From assembly GCA_964472415.1 (NCBI GenBank), contig CAYYLC010000002.1, positions 32,470 through 96,469 on the forward strand: DNA of 64,000 nt, in the 5' to 3' direction. The stretch comes from an uncultured Gammaproteobacteria bacterium (GTDB lineage: Bacteria > Patescibacteriota > Microgenomatia > Levybacterales > GWA1-39-11). The position numbers and the translations under genes were made by a program. The notes under the pieces are model-generated. The model was not told the origin of the DNA, did no database searches, and saw only the letters and a program-made list of their open reading frames with translations. Below, piece after piece: positions 46,167 through 55,334 of this stretch; the first letter of the stretch is position 1; each line of letters starts with the position of its first letter.

Positions 46167-47303
46167 ATGAAAATTCTCAAGAATAAATTTTTTATACTGG
46201 GCAATATTGCGCTCTTATTAGTCGCAATTCCACTTACACTTCTTTTTATTAGTCGCCAACAAGACTTACGCTCTTCTGCCGCTCCTACAACGCGGATCAC
46301 CTTCTCTCCACAAACAATCTCTTTCGATGACTCTCAATGTTCTGAACAAACAGTAACACTCAGACTAGACCCCGGAGAAAATATTGTTTCCACTGTCGAA
46401 CTTTTCTTAACGTATGATGCAACAAAATTTGATATCACTATCCAACCAAACGAAGATGTTTTTCCTCAAATTCTTCGTGGCCCAACAGTCTCAAATGGCC
46501 AAGCAAGCGTAGAGCTCAATATCGGATCAAGTGTCACAAAAGCTATCCAAGCTCCTGTAGATTTTGCTACTATTACCATTATTCCAGTTGCGGAAACTGG
46601 CAATACTCCCGCAAAAATTCAGATTGATAGTAGCAAAACTCGGGTATTCTCTCTCAGTGCGAATGATCAAACATCAGAAAATGTATTTTTAAGTGGAGGA
46701 CAGGTGGCAATTAGCGTTGCTGCCGCATGCCAAAACACAGTAGATACATCCCCAACTCCTTCTGCAATCGTCACCCCATCTGCTACACCTAGTGCAACAC
46801 CTCCTATTACGACACTCACACCAACCCCACCTTCACAGGTCGGCAATCAATCGCCAATCTGCACCACAATCACCGCTTCTCCTGGCACCTCAGGCATAGC
46901 ACCTTTTGTCATGACCCTTACAGCACAAGGATCAGACACTAATGGCACTATTCAAAAAGCAACCTTTAATTTTGGCGATGGAACTTCTCAAGATGTAACA
47001 GACGGAATGGGAAACACGGGAGTTACTACAGAACTCTCACACACATACCAAACACCTGGCAGCTACACTGCCTCAGTAGTATTCACCGATAACAATGGAG
47101 CAGTAAGCACATCCTGCACTCAACCTATCACTGTCACATCAAATACTCAGATAACTCCTACTACTGGCGGTGGAATTCCCGCAACTGCCACACTCACGCC
47201 AACCCCACCGATTGAAAATCCTGGCGGGGTCGGAACTACTATTGCGATAGTAGGGGGATTATTACTGGTAATAATAGGGGGGGTAGTATTGGTTGCACTC
47301 TAA
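46167..47303 (+). CDS. Surface protein with PKD-like domain, Thr/Pro linker and C-terminal PIENPG + TM tail
   Basis: N-terminal signal anchor. PKD-like FNFGDGTSQDVTDG...SHTYQTPGSYTASVVFTDNNGAVS, then TPSATPSATPP linkers. The C-terminus is TPTPPIENPGGVGTTIAIVGGLLLVIIGGVVLVAL-stop. Confidence 0.6.
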   Translation: MKILKNKFFILGNIALLLVAIPLTLLFISRQQDLRSSAAPTTRITFSPQTISFDDSQCSEQTVTLRLDPGENIVSTVELFLTYDATKFDITIQPNEDVFPQILRGPTVSNGQASVELNIGSSVTKAIQAPVDFATITIIPVAETGNTPAKIQIDSSKTRVFSLSANDQTSENVFLSGGQVAISVAAACQNTVDTSPTPSAIVTPSATPSATPPITTLTPTPPSQVGNQSPICTTITASPGTSGIAPFVMTLTAQGSDTNGTIQKATFNFGDGTSQDVTDGMGNTGVTTELSHTYQTPGSYTASVVFTDNNGAVSTSCTQPITVTSNTQITPTTGGGIPATATLTPTPPIENPGGVGTTIAIVGGLLLVIIGGVVLVAL

Positions 47304-49061
47304 TTAAATCTTTAATACAGACATAAACGCCTCCTTAGGGACATTTACGCGCCCGATACTTTTCATCTTCTTTTTTCCTTCTTTTTGTTTATCCCGTAGC
47401 TTATTCTTACGCGTTACATCTCCTCCATACAGCTTTTCAGTAACTGCCTTCATATACGCACCGATCTTTTCTGATGCAATAATCTTTCCACCGATTTGTG
47501 CACGAACCACAACTTGAAAATTATGCTTTGGAATATGCTCTGAAAGTGTTTTTACGATTTTTCTCGCAAAACTTTCAACTTGAGTCTTGTGAATAATAAA
47601 CGAAAGTTCAGGAACGATCTTATCATTTACCGAAATATCAACTCGTTCTAAATCCGAATTCCGATAGTCTAAGAAATCATAATCAAACGAGGCATACCCC
47701 GCAGAGGCTGATTTCAACTTATCATAAAAATCATAAACAATTGATGCCATGGGCATTTCAAATGTTATTTTTGCCTGATTTCCAAAGTATGCAATATCGC
47801 CTTCTTTTCCTCGCATTGAATACACGATCTCAAATATTCCGCCTAAATACTCAAGTGGTGTATATATTTCTCCTAAAATATAAGGTTCTTTGATATCATT
47901 TTTTGCAATATCAAAATCTTTCGGACTACTTATCATTTCGCCATCCACTTCATACACAATGCTCGGTGGGGCAGTAAATGCATCCACATTGTATTCTCTC
48001 TCCAATCGTTCTACAACAATCTGTGCGTGCAGCAATCCCAAAAAACCACATCGGAATCCAGAACCGAAAATAGTGGAATAGTCAGGCAAAATTTCGAGTG
48101 CCGCATCAGTAAGCTTTAGAGAGTAAAGTGCTTTCCTGAGATTCTGAAAATCAGCCGCGGTACTTGGGTAAATAGATAAAAACACAAAGGGTTTTTGCTC
48201 TTTATATCCGGGAAGCGCATTTCCTGGGTGCTTTGCGATAGTCATCGTATCTCCCACTTTTGCCTGAGTAATATCTTTTATGTTCGTAATCACATATCCT
48301 ACTTCACCATTTCTAATTTCACCTTGAGATGAATATGAGGGACTCATATAGCCTACGTCCATAACAAGTGCTTTTGATTTATCGGACAAAAACATCACCT
48401 CATCGCCTTTTTTAATTTCCCCACTTTTTACCCGTGCAAAAATTACGATCCCTCGATGCTCATCATATTTCGAATCAAAAATCAGTGCTTGCGCGCTATC
48501 AGACAAAGCATCGCTTGGTGGGGGGACTTTTTCAATAATTGCCTCTAATAAATTCTCAACACCAATTCCAGATTTTGCAGAAATTTTTAAAATTTCACTC
48601 TTTTCAAATCCAAATGATTGAACTATCTCTTGCTCTGTCTTTTCAACATCAGCACTATCCAGATCAATTTTATTGATAACCGGAATTATCGTAAGGCCCA
48701 AATCCTTTGCCACAGTAAAATGAGAAACGGTTTGTGCTTGGATACCTTTTGTGGCATCAACCACTAACACAGCGCCTTCGCAAGCATATAAAGTTCTTAC
48801 AACTTCATAAGAAAAATCGACATGTCCTGGTGTATCGATAAGATTTAGCACATAATTCTTCCCGCTTAGAGAATACTCCATATGAACCGGCGCAAGCTTG
48901 ATAGTAATCCCTCGCTCTCGTGAGATCGGATTACTATCTAAAAACTGCTCCTGCTCTAAGTCCTTACCAGAGAGTGTTCCTGTTAAAGCCATGAGCCTAT
49001 CAGCAAGTGTAGATTTCCCATGATCAACATGCGCAATAATCGCAAAATTTCGGATATTCAT
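47304..49061 (-). CDS. lepA: Elongation factor 4 (LepA)
   Basis: IRNFAIIAHVDHGKSTLADRL and the characteristic LepA C-terminal domain. Confidence 0.9.
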   Translation of the reverse strand: MNIRNFAIIAHVDHGKSTLADRLMALTGTLSGKDLEQEQFLDSNPISRERGITIKLAPVHMEYSLSGKNYVLNLIDTPGHVDFSYEVVRTLYACEGAVLVVDATKGIQAQTVSHFTVAKDLGLTIIPVINKIDLDSADVEKTEQEIVQSFGFEKSEILKISAKSGIGVENLLEAIIEKVPPPSDALSDSAQALIFDSKYDEHRGIVIFARVKSGEIKKGDEVMFLSDKSKALVMDVGYMSPSYSSQGEIRNGEVGYVITNIKDITQAKVGDTMTIAKHPGNALPGYKEQKPFVFLSIYPSTAADFQNLRKALYSLKLTDAALEILPDYSTIFGSGFRCGFLGLLHAQIVVERLEREYNVDAFTAPPSIVYEVDGEMISSPKDFDIAKNDIKEPYILGEIYTPLEYLGGIFEIVYSMRGKEGDIAYFGNQAKITFEMPMASIVYDFYDKLKSASAGYASFDYDFLDYRNSDLERVDISVNDKIVPELSFIIHKTQVESFARKIVKTLSEHIPKHNFQVVVRAQIGGKIIASEKIGAYMKAVTEKLYGGDVTRKNKLRDKQKEGKKKMKSIGRVNVPKEAFMSVLKI

Positions 49062-49090
49062 GAAGACTCATTATATCAACAAATAGAAAA

Positions 49091-50740
49091 TTATGGGTTG
49101 AGTTTTGTAGTGTCAAAAATTATCTCTTTTATTTGTTTGGATATTTTGTTGTCAAAGGTAAATCGTCTTGCTGCTGCAATAAGATAATGAAACTCTCCTA
49201 TATCCAAAAGCCATGTGAAAAAAAGATACGCTCCAAATCCTACAACTGATGCTATTCCTGTCAAGAAGAAAAGATTTATCGTTCGCGTTGTATCAAATAC
49301 AAGTTGGTCTAAAAGTTTTACTGGAATATAAAGCGCCACTCCTGTTACAAATGCTGCAATTACAATTTTTGCAGCACTCAAAAAAATAGACAACTTCGGA
49401 AGCGAAATCCTCCTATCAAGAGCAATTATCATAAATAAAAACCCGATAATATTTCCGATGGAAAACGATAGTGCGAGATAGTACACGGGAAGTTTCTGGA
49501 AAATAATAAAGTACATAGAAAATATGATATTTATCAATACCGCAATAAGCGTTATAAAAAATGGCATTTTCGTATCATGCAACGCATAGAATGCACGCGA
49601 CAAGAGAAGTGTTGCTGCTTGAACACTAATTGAAATACTCAAAAATGCAAGCGTATATCCAGTTACAAGCGTCGCTTCCCAATCAAATCGCCCAGACCCA
49701 TAAAAAAGCCGGACTAACGGAACACGAAGTACGATAAATAGCGCACTAATTGGGAGTGTAAGATACAAGATCTGATTAAAAGAATTCTTAAATACCGTCT
49801 TAAATTCTTCTAAATTTGAGGTTGATTTAGAAAGTGTAGGAAAACTTGCCTGTGCGATAGATTGCCCAAATAATAAAACAGGTGCTGCCATGAGCGTCAT
49901 GGCAAGATCAAATACAACAATACTCCTCGCGGAGATTATCGATGCAAAGAATACATTTGCAGTTATTGCGATTTGCGCAACGGCAATAGTCATTGAGCGA
50001 GGGAGCATCATGCGAAGCACTCTATCTACACCGCTATGTAAGCTTAATGTAAGCTTCGGAATGTACCCACTTGCAAGTATCAAAGGAAGCTGTGCAAGAA
50101 GAAATAGCAATGCACCCAGAACCACTCCCCATGCCGCACCATAAATTCCAAAATGTGGAACGAGAAAATACACGCCAATAATTATCCCAATGTTGTATAG
50201 CGCATTTGCGATTCCGGGAACGAGAAAAAAGTGGAATGATTGCAGCATGGCGGTAAAAACTGTACCAAATAAGAAAAAAATCTGTGATATTTGAATAATC
50301 CGCATAAGATTTGCAAGCAGTTGAATTTGGTCATCAGTAAATTCAGGCGCAATAACTCGAGCAAGCGGCTCAGCAAAGGCTATAACTATTAAAGAAATTA
50401 TGCTAAAAATAATAAGCCCCAATGTGGTAATTGCTGATGCGAAATGAAAGGCATCTTTTTTTTCCTTCTTTACTAAATTCTCAGTAAAAATAGGGATGAA
50501 TGAAGAAGAAAGCGCCCCTATAATGATAATTTGAAATAGTAAATCCGGGATCCTGAATGCCGCCAAAAAAACTCCTAAGTCACTCGTTGCACCAAAATAC
50601 GAAGCAAAAAGACGATATTTAAAAATTCCTAAAACCTGAGATAATGCGGTCGTTATGATAATTAAAAATGCTGCAGTAAAAATATTTGATTGCTTTGTAG
50701 CAACAGCAGATAATCCTCTTCGGACAAGATTTTTTACCAT
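49091..50740 (-). CDS. murJ: Lipid II flippase MurJ (MviN)
   Basis: 549 aa with 14 TM helices and a MurJ/MOP-superfamily N-terminal pattern (TALSQVLGIFKYRLFASYFGATSDLGVFLAAFRIPDLL). Confidence 0.75.
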   Translation of the reverse strand: MVKNLVRRGLSAVATKQSNIFTAAFLIIITTALSQVLGIFKYRLFASYFGATSDLGVFLAAFRIPDLLFQIIIIGALSSSFIPIFTENLVKKEKKDAFHFASAITTLGLIIFSIISLIVIAFAEPLARVIAPEFTDDQIQLLANLMRIIQISQIFFLFGTVFTAMLQSFHFFLVPGIANALYNIGIIIGVYFLVPHFGIYGAAWGVVLGALLFLLAQLPLILASGYIPKLTLSLHSGVDRVLRMMLPRSMTIAVAQIAITANVFFASIISARSIVVFDLAMTLMAAPVLLFGQSIAQASFPTLSKSTSNLEEFKTVFKNSFNQILYLTLPISALFIVLRVPLVRLFYGSGRFDWEATLVTGYTLAFLSISISVQAATLLLSRAFYALHDTKMPFFITLIAVLINIIFSMYFIIFQKLPVYYLALSFSIGNIIGFLFMIIALDRRISLPKLSIFLSAAKIVIAAFVTGVALYIPVKLLDQLVFDTTRTINLFFLTGIASVVGFGAYLFFTWLLDIGEFHYLIAAARRFTFDNKISKQIKEIIFDTTKLNP

Positions 50741-50790
50741 ATGGGTGAATTTTTATTGTGTTTTCTAGTATAGCATGGTAAAATGCGCCT

Positions 50791-51090
50791 ATGCCAGTAA
50801 CAAAACAAGCAATAAAAAAGCTTCGACAAGACAAGCGGAAAACAACGATTAATAGCAAAATAAAAGCGGCGTTTTTATCTGCAGTAAAAGGTATTAGAAA
50901 ATCAAACGGGACTACTCTCACTGACGCATATTCTAAAATAGACACAGCTGCAAAAAATGGGATTATTCATAAAAATAAGGCATCTCGCCTTAAATCTCAG
51001 CTTGCAAAAATTGCTCCTGCTCCTGCAAAATCAACGAAGAAGCCTGTAGCAAGAAAGGCTTCTCCTAAAAAAGCTCGACCTTCAAAATAA
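50791..51090 (+). CDS. rpsT: 30S ribosomal protein bS20
   Basis: MPVTKQAIKKLRQDKRKT...GIIHKNKASRLKSQLAKIA versus E. coli GLIHKNKAARHKANL. Confidence 0.8.
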   Translation: MPVTKQAIKKLRQDKRKTTINSKIKAAFLSAVKGIRKSNGTTLTDAYSKIDTAAKNGIIHKNKASRLKSQLAKIAPAPAKSTKKPVARKASPKKARPSK

Positions 51091-51149
51091 TAGCTCAACT
51101 CCGCCTCATTTCATTTTGACAAAATTCCTAAAACTCAGTAAGCTGAGAT

Positions 51150-51701
51150 GTGGAGAAAAAGAGCAAAATTTCAGTAAACTTATCCTCTAGAAAACAAATA
51201 ACGGTTGGTAATATATTCCTGAAATGGGCGTTTGAAGCTGGGCGTGCAATTGTAATCCTTATTGAGCTTATAGCACTCAGTGCACTAGGATACCGACTAC
51301 TCGTAGATGGACAAATAGTAGATTTACACGAAAAAATAGATAATGAAGCAGCCCTCGTAGGATTTCAGGCGAACGATGAAAAGGCTTTTCGCGGCATTCA
51401 CGAACGCCTTGAAAATATTAGGATTATTAATGAAGAAACAAAAGGAAAAGTACAGGTCATGGATGACATTCTTTCTGCAATAAACGTAAGCGAATTTACT
51501 GAGACCAGTCTTACCGTAAATCAAAGCTCAGTAGCACTTTCAGGAAATGCCCTCTCAGTTTTTACCGTTGAAAATTTTGTAAATAAAATTCAAGAATACC
51601 CTCAAATAAACTCTATTACGATTGACGAAATTAATACCTCCAGTAGTGGAATTAAATTTTCCTTGAGAATAGCACTGAAAGAATCACAACTTGATCTATG
51701 A
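51150..51701 (+). CDS. PilN-like type IV pilus/competence inner-membrane assembly protein
   Basis: Short cytoplasmic N-terminus, one TM (AIVILIELIALSALGY), then a C-terminus LSGNALSVFTVENFVNKIQEYPQINSITIDEINTSSSGIKFSLRIALK resembling the PilN C-terminus (LSGYA.SNERVSEFLRNL...F.LRV). Confidence 0.45.
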   Translation: MEKKSKISVNLSSRKQITVGNIFLKWAFEAGRAIVILIELIALSALGYRLLVDGQIVDLHEKIDNEAALVGFQANDEKAFRGIHERLENIRIINEETKGKVQVMDDILSAINVSEFTETSLTVNQSSVALSGNALSVFTVENFVNKIQEYPQINSITIDEINTSSSGIKFSLRIALKESQLDL

Positions 51702-52309
51702 AAGAACGACTAACACGAGAACTTAAAAGACTAAGGCATGAATTTCAAAATGCGGTAAATGCCTATGGAAAAGATAAAATTATTATATATCTGTACTTGA
51801 TCTTTAGCCTTATCGCAATAACAGTCTTTGGATTATTCGCAATTCGACCGACTTTGGCAACAATCTCAGAGCTTCATAAAGAAAAGGCAGATAGCAAAGA
51901 AACTCTTGATAAAATGACTGAAAAAAATCAAAATCTGCAGATCCTTGCAGCGCACTATCAGCAAATCCAAAGTAAACTGGAAACAGTCTATCGGGCAATT
52001 CCAACTTCACCAAAAATTCCTGAGCTTACTCGGAAAATTGAAGTACTTGCAAACCGCAATAATCTTGCTATTCAAAGTCTCAGTACTGGTGCAATAGAGC
52101 TCTATCCTGCAGTCCGCGCAAATTCGTCGTTATTTTCCTATACAGTAACTATTAATGTTTTAGGTGACGAATCTGACATTAATACATTTACTCAAGAATT
52201 TATCAGCTTTGACCGACTCATTAGTATTGACCGAATTACCTCGGGGAGTGCAGAACGTGGACTTTTTTCAGCAACCATTACTGGACGTGCATTTTTTATA
52301 AAAGAATAA
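51698..52309 (+). CDS. PilO-like type IV pilus/competence assembly protein
   Basis: TM (IIIYLYLIFSLIAITVFGLFAI), a coiled-coil (KEKADSKETLDKMTEKNQNLQILAAHYQQIQSKLE) and a C-terminal ferredoxin-like region. Overlaps the PilN-like gene by 4 nt. Confidence 0.45.
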   Translation: MKERLTRELKRLRHEFQNAVNAYGKDKIIIYLYLIFSLIAITVFGLFAIRPTLATISELHKEKADSKETLDKMTEKNQNLQILAAHYQQIQSKLETVYRAIPTSPKIPELTRKIEVLANRNNLAIQSLSTGAIELYPAVRANSSLFSYTVTINVLGDESDINTFTQEFISFDRLISIDRITSGSAERGLFSATITGRAFFIKE

Positions 52310-52621
52310 ATGAAAAACTTAATATTTTTATTTGGATTTAGCGCATTTGTAACCATGGCGTGGATTGGACTCACTGTCTACCATAATACGACAGAATCTC
52401 AAATTACTCCTGCAAATCGGATTAAAATCGAACCTATTGAACCGCAATTTGACATGGAAACGATTAACCAACTCGATTCTCGACAGGAAATACGCGCAAA
52501 CCTCAACGAACAAGCAGAAATCATTGGGGAAGATAGTGAGCTCATTAGTGCTTCAGAAAGCAGCACGATAGAACAAGAACAGATAATAGAAACAGGATCT
52601 GAATCAGCTACTTTGCAATAA
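52310..52621 (+). CDS. Small membrane-anchored acidic protein (hypothetical)
   Basis: N-terminal TM and an acidic Glu/Ser-rich C-terminus. Contiguous with the PilN/PilO-like genes. Confidence 0.35.
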   Translation: MKNLIFLFGFSAFVTMAWIGLTVYHNTTESQITPANRIKIEPIEPQFDMETINQLDSRQEIRANLNEQAEIIGEDSELISASESSTIEQEQIIETGSESATLQ

Positions 52622-52622
52622 T

Positions 52623-54032
52623 ATGGATCTACACTCATTCAAGAAAAACCTGCCCCTTCTTGTCGCAATTCTCCTCATTTTCGGGATAGCGATCACTATT
52701 GGGCTTATTCAGCAAGGAGTTTTCTTTGTAACAAAAGCTCGTCCTACTTCTGTCCCTGAAAATGTTCAGATAACGAATGTATCAGATAGCTCATTTACCG
52801 TAGTGTTCACTACTGGTCTTTCGTCTCCTGCTGCAATTCGGCTTTCAGAGGGAACAACCGGAAACACGATAATTCTTGATGATAGAGACAAATCGACTGG
52901 AACACAAAACGACTATTTTTCTCATCACATTACAATCCCAAATCTTGAACCACAAAAAACGTACGCGTTTATCATTATTTCTGATGGAAAGGAATATCGG
53001 AAAGAAGGAGAGTATCTTGTATCTACTGGATTAACTATAGAAAATCCGCCACCATCCCAAAACCCACTTTATGGAAAAGTTCTACTTCCTCATGGAGAAG
53101 GTGCCCCAGATACAATCGTTACCGCGCACACTGAAAACAGCCAAATAATCTCTTCTGTTACCAATGAAGATGGGACATATATTATTCCGACAAATTCACT
53201 CAAGCTAGAGAATTTCTCTAACTATGTATTGCTCGATCAAGATTCACCAGTATTTTTAAATTTTATACGAGAAGAACTCGAGGCAGCAATCACAACAAAT
53301 TATCAAATTGGGCAAAACCTTCCTGCAATTACACTCAATCAACAATATGCATTCTCCACTACTAATGAAGCACTCATGAGACCAAATACCTCTCCTAATG
53401 GCGATGGGCTTGGAGAATTGAATGAAATTGCAACACCATCACAAGCAGGGAGTGTAACTACTCCGCGAAACACACAGTCGTACATAGACCAACGACCAGA
53501 ATTTTCTGGTACGGGCGGTCCAGGAAGAATTGTCACTATCTCTATTCCTCAACTTAATCTCACCACTACAACTCAAATCTCAGAACAAGGACAATGGTCC
53601 TACCGTCCACAGGAAAATCTTCCCCAAGGAGACTACGCTATAAGTTTTGAAGTACCTGACGAAAATGGTATCCAGCTCCGAATTTCACGAGACATTTCTA
53701 TACTTGCATCTGGGTCACAAATCACAGAAGATGCAACCCCCTCTGCTACACCTACATTCACCCCAAGTCCAATTCTCACTCCGTCTGTTAGCATCACTCT
53801 TTCTCCTACCCAAAGCCCAACTCTCACCACGTCTCCTTCACCGACAGGAATGCTTCCCACCGCAACTCCTACTACAGCTCAAACGCTTACTCCAAACCCA
53901 ACCATATTTATCCCTACCACAACCCCCCTTCCTCCAATCGAAAAGCCCGGAACTGTTTCGCAAACCGTAATTCTTGGAATAGCTTCTATTATCTTAATTA
54001 TTGCAGGAGCAGCAATATTTTTTGCGCTATAA
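52623..54032 (+). CDS. Large surface protein with FN3-like, CarboxypepD_reg-like and Ig-like domains; Thr/Pro/Ser linker; C-terminal PIEKPG + TM tail
   Basis: Signal anchor, FN3-like region (PENVQITNVSDSSFTVVFTT) and LYGKVLLPHGEGAPDTIVTAHTENSQIISSVTNEDGTYIIP. The C-terminus is ...TPLPPIEKPGTVSQTVILGIASIILIIAGAAIFFAL-stop. Confidence 0.55.
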   Translation: MDLHSFKKNLPLLVAILLIFGIAITIGLIQQGVFFVTKARPTSVPENVQITNVSDSSFTVVFTTGLSSPAAIRLSEGTTGNTIILDDRDKSTGTQNDYFSHHITIPNLEPQKTYAFIIISDGKEYRKEGEYLVSTGLTIENPPPSQNPLYGKVLLPHGEGAPDTIVTAHTENSQIISSVTNEDGTYIIPTNSLKLENFSNYVLLDQDSPVFLNFIREELEAAITTNYQIGQNLPAITLNQQYAFSTTNEALMRPNTSPNGDGLGELNEIATPSQAGSVTTPRNTQSYIDQRPEFSGTGGPGRIVTISIPQLNLTTTTQISEQGQWSYRPQENLPQGDYAISFEVPDENGIQLRISRDISILASGSQITEDATPSATPTFTPSPILTPSVSITLSPTQSPTLTTSPSPTGMLPTATPTTAQTLTPNPTIFIPTTTPLPPIEKPGTVSQTVILGIASIILIIAGAAIFFAL

Positions 54033-54047
54033 TAAAAAGCTATTGTT

Positions 54048-55334
54048 ATGAATATTGCAATTATTGGTGCTGGATTTACCGGTCTTGCAGCAGCATATTA
54101 TTTATCAAAAAAAGGGTATAGGGTAACTATTTTTGAGAAAGACTCAAAACCTGGTGGTCTTGCAATAGGGTATCAAGAAAAGAACTGGAAATGGAGCCTA
54201 GAGGCGCACTATCACCACTGGTTTACCAACGACAAGAGTGTATTGAGTCTTGCGTCGGAAATACATCATCCCGTTATTGTAAAACGGCCTAAAACATCAT
54301 CCTATGTTGATGAAGGAATCTACCAGTTGGACTCCCCAATCTCACTTCTCAAATTCCCGAAGCTTCCTCCTGTTGATAAAATTAGAATGGGAATCTCTCT
54401 TGCATTTCTGCGCTACAATCCATGGTGGAGGCCATTAGAAAATTTTCTTGCTGTGCCATATTTAAAAAAAACCATGGGAAAAATAGGGTACCAAAAAATT
54501 TGGGAGCCACTTATGCTAAATAAGCTTGGCGAGTATGCTCATGCAGTTTCTCTTGCCTGGTTTTGGGCACGAATTTTTAAACGTACAGAATCTTTGGCAT
54601 ATCCGGAAGGAGGATTTTTACAATTTGCAAAACATTTAGAAGAAAAAATTAAAGAAAATGGAGGGAAATTTCTCTACGATACGGATGTTATAACTGTCAA
54701 TTCCAAAAAAACGCCATCAGTAACTTACAAGACACATACAGCTCGTAAAACAGAACAGTTTGATAAAATACTTGTCACACTTCCACTCGCATTATTTTCC
54801 CAAATTGCACCACAACTCCCTAAAAACTATGTATCTTCAGCAAGAAAACTTATCAACATCGGCGCAATGAATATGGTACTTAGACTCAAAAGGAGATTTT
54901 TCTCAGATACTACGTATTGGCTGAATATGTGTGATAAAAATTCCCCAATTCTTGCGCTCGTTGAACACACAAATTTTATGGATAAAAAATTCTATAATAA
55001 TGAATATCTTCTCTATATCGGAAACTACATGCAAACAACTGACCAACGCTTTGGGATGCAAAAAGAAGAACTCCTAGCACTCTACGATCCATGGCTCAAG
55101 AAAATAAACCCGAAATATAAATCGACAATAATTAACTACGAATTATTTAAGGCACCATTCGCGCAACCGATTATCACTCCCAAGTATTCAAAAAAAATTC
55201 CAGAGTTCAAAACACCATTAAAAAACATTTTTCTTGCAAATATCCAACAAGTATATCCTTGGGATAGGGGAACAAATTACGCGGTAGAACTTGGAAAAAA
55301 AGCTGCAAATAATTTAACGACATATGAAACATAG
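54048..55334 (+). CDS. FAD/NAD(P)-binding oxidoreductase (amine-oxidase/UDP-galactopyranose-mutase-like superfamily)
   Basis: MNIAIIGAGFTGLAAAYYLSKKGYRVTIFEKDSKPGGLA (Rossmann GxGxxG...E...GG). The segment EAHYHHWFTNDK resembles the UGM motif GAHIFHTNDK; this is a weak resemblance. Confidence 0.5.
   Translation: MNIAIIGAGFTGLAAAYYLSKKGYRVTIFEKDSKPGGLAIGYQEKNWKWSLEAHYHHWFTNDKSVLSLASEIHHPVIVKRPKTSSYVDEGIYQLDSPISLLKFPKLPPVDKIRMGISLAFLRYNPWWRPLENFLAVPYLKKTMGKIGYQKIWEPLMLNKLGEYAHAVSLAWFWARIFKRTESLAYPEGGFLQFAKHLEEKIKENGGKFLYDTDVITVNSKKTPSVTYKTHTARKTEQFDKILVTLPLALFSQIAPQLPKNYVSSARKLINIGAMNMVLRLKRRFFSDTTYWLNMCDKNSPILALVEHTNFMDKKFYNNEYLLYIGNYMQTTDQRFGMQKEELLALYDPWLKKINPKYKSTIINYELFKAPFAQPIITPKYSKKIPEFKTPLKNIFLANIQQVYPWDRGTNYAVELGKKAANNLTTYET

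Noticed and set aside
50182-50945. ORFs 50182-50376 and 50619-50945 on the minus strand within and adjacent to murJ and rpsT
   Set aside because: They overlap well-supported murJ and rpsT coding regions or their promoters, and they lack features. They are likely spurious.
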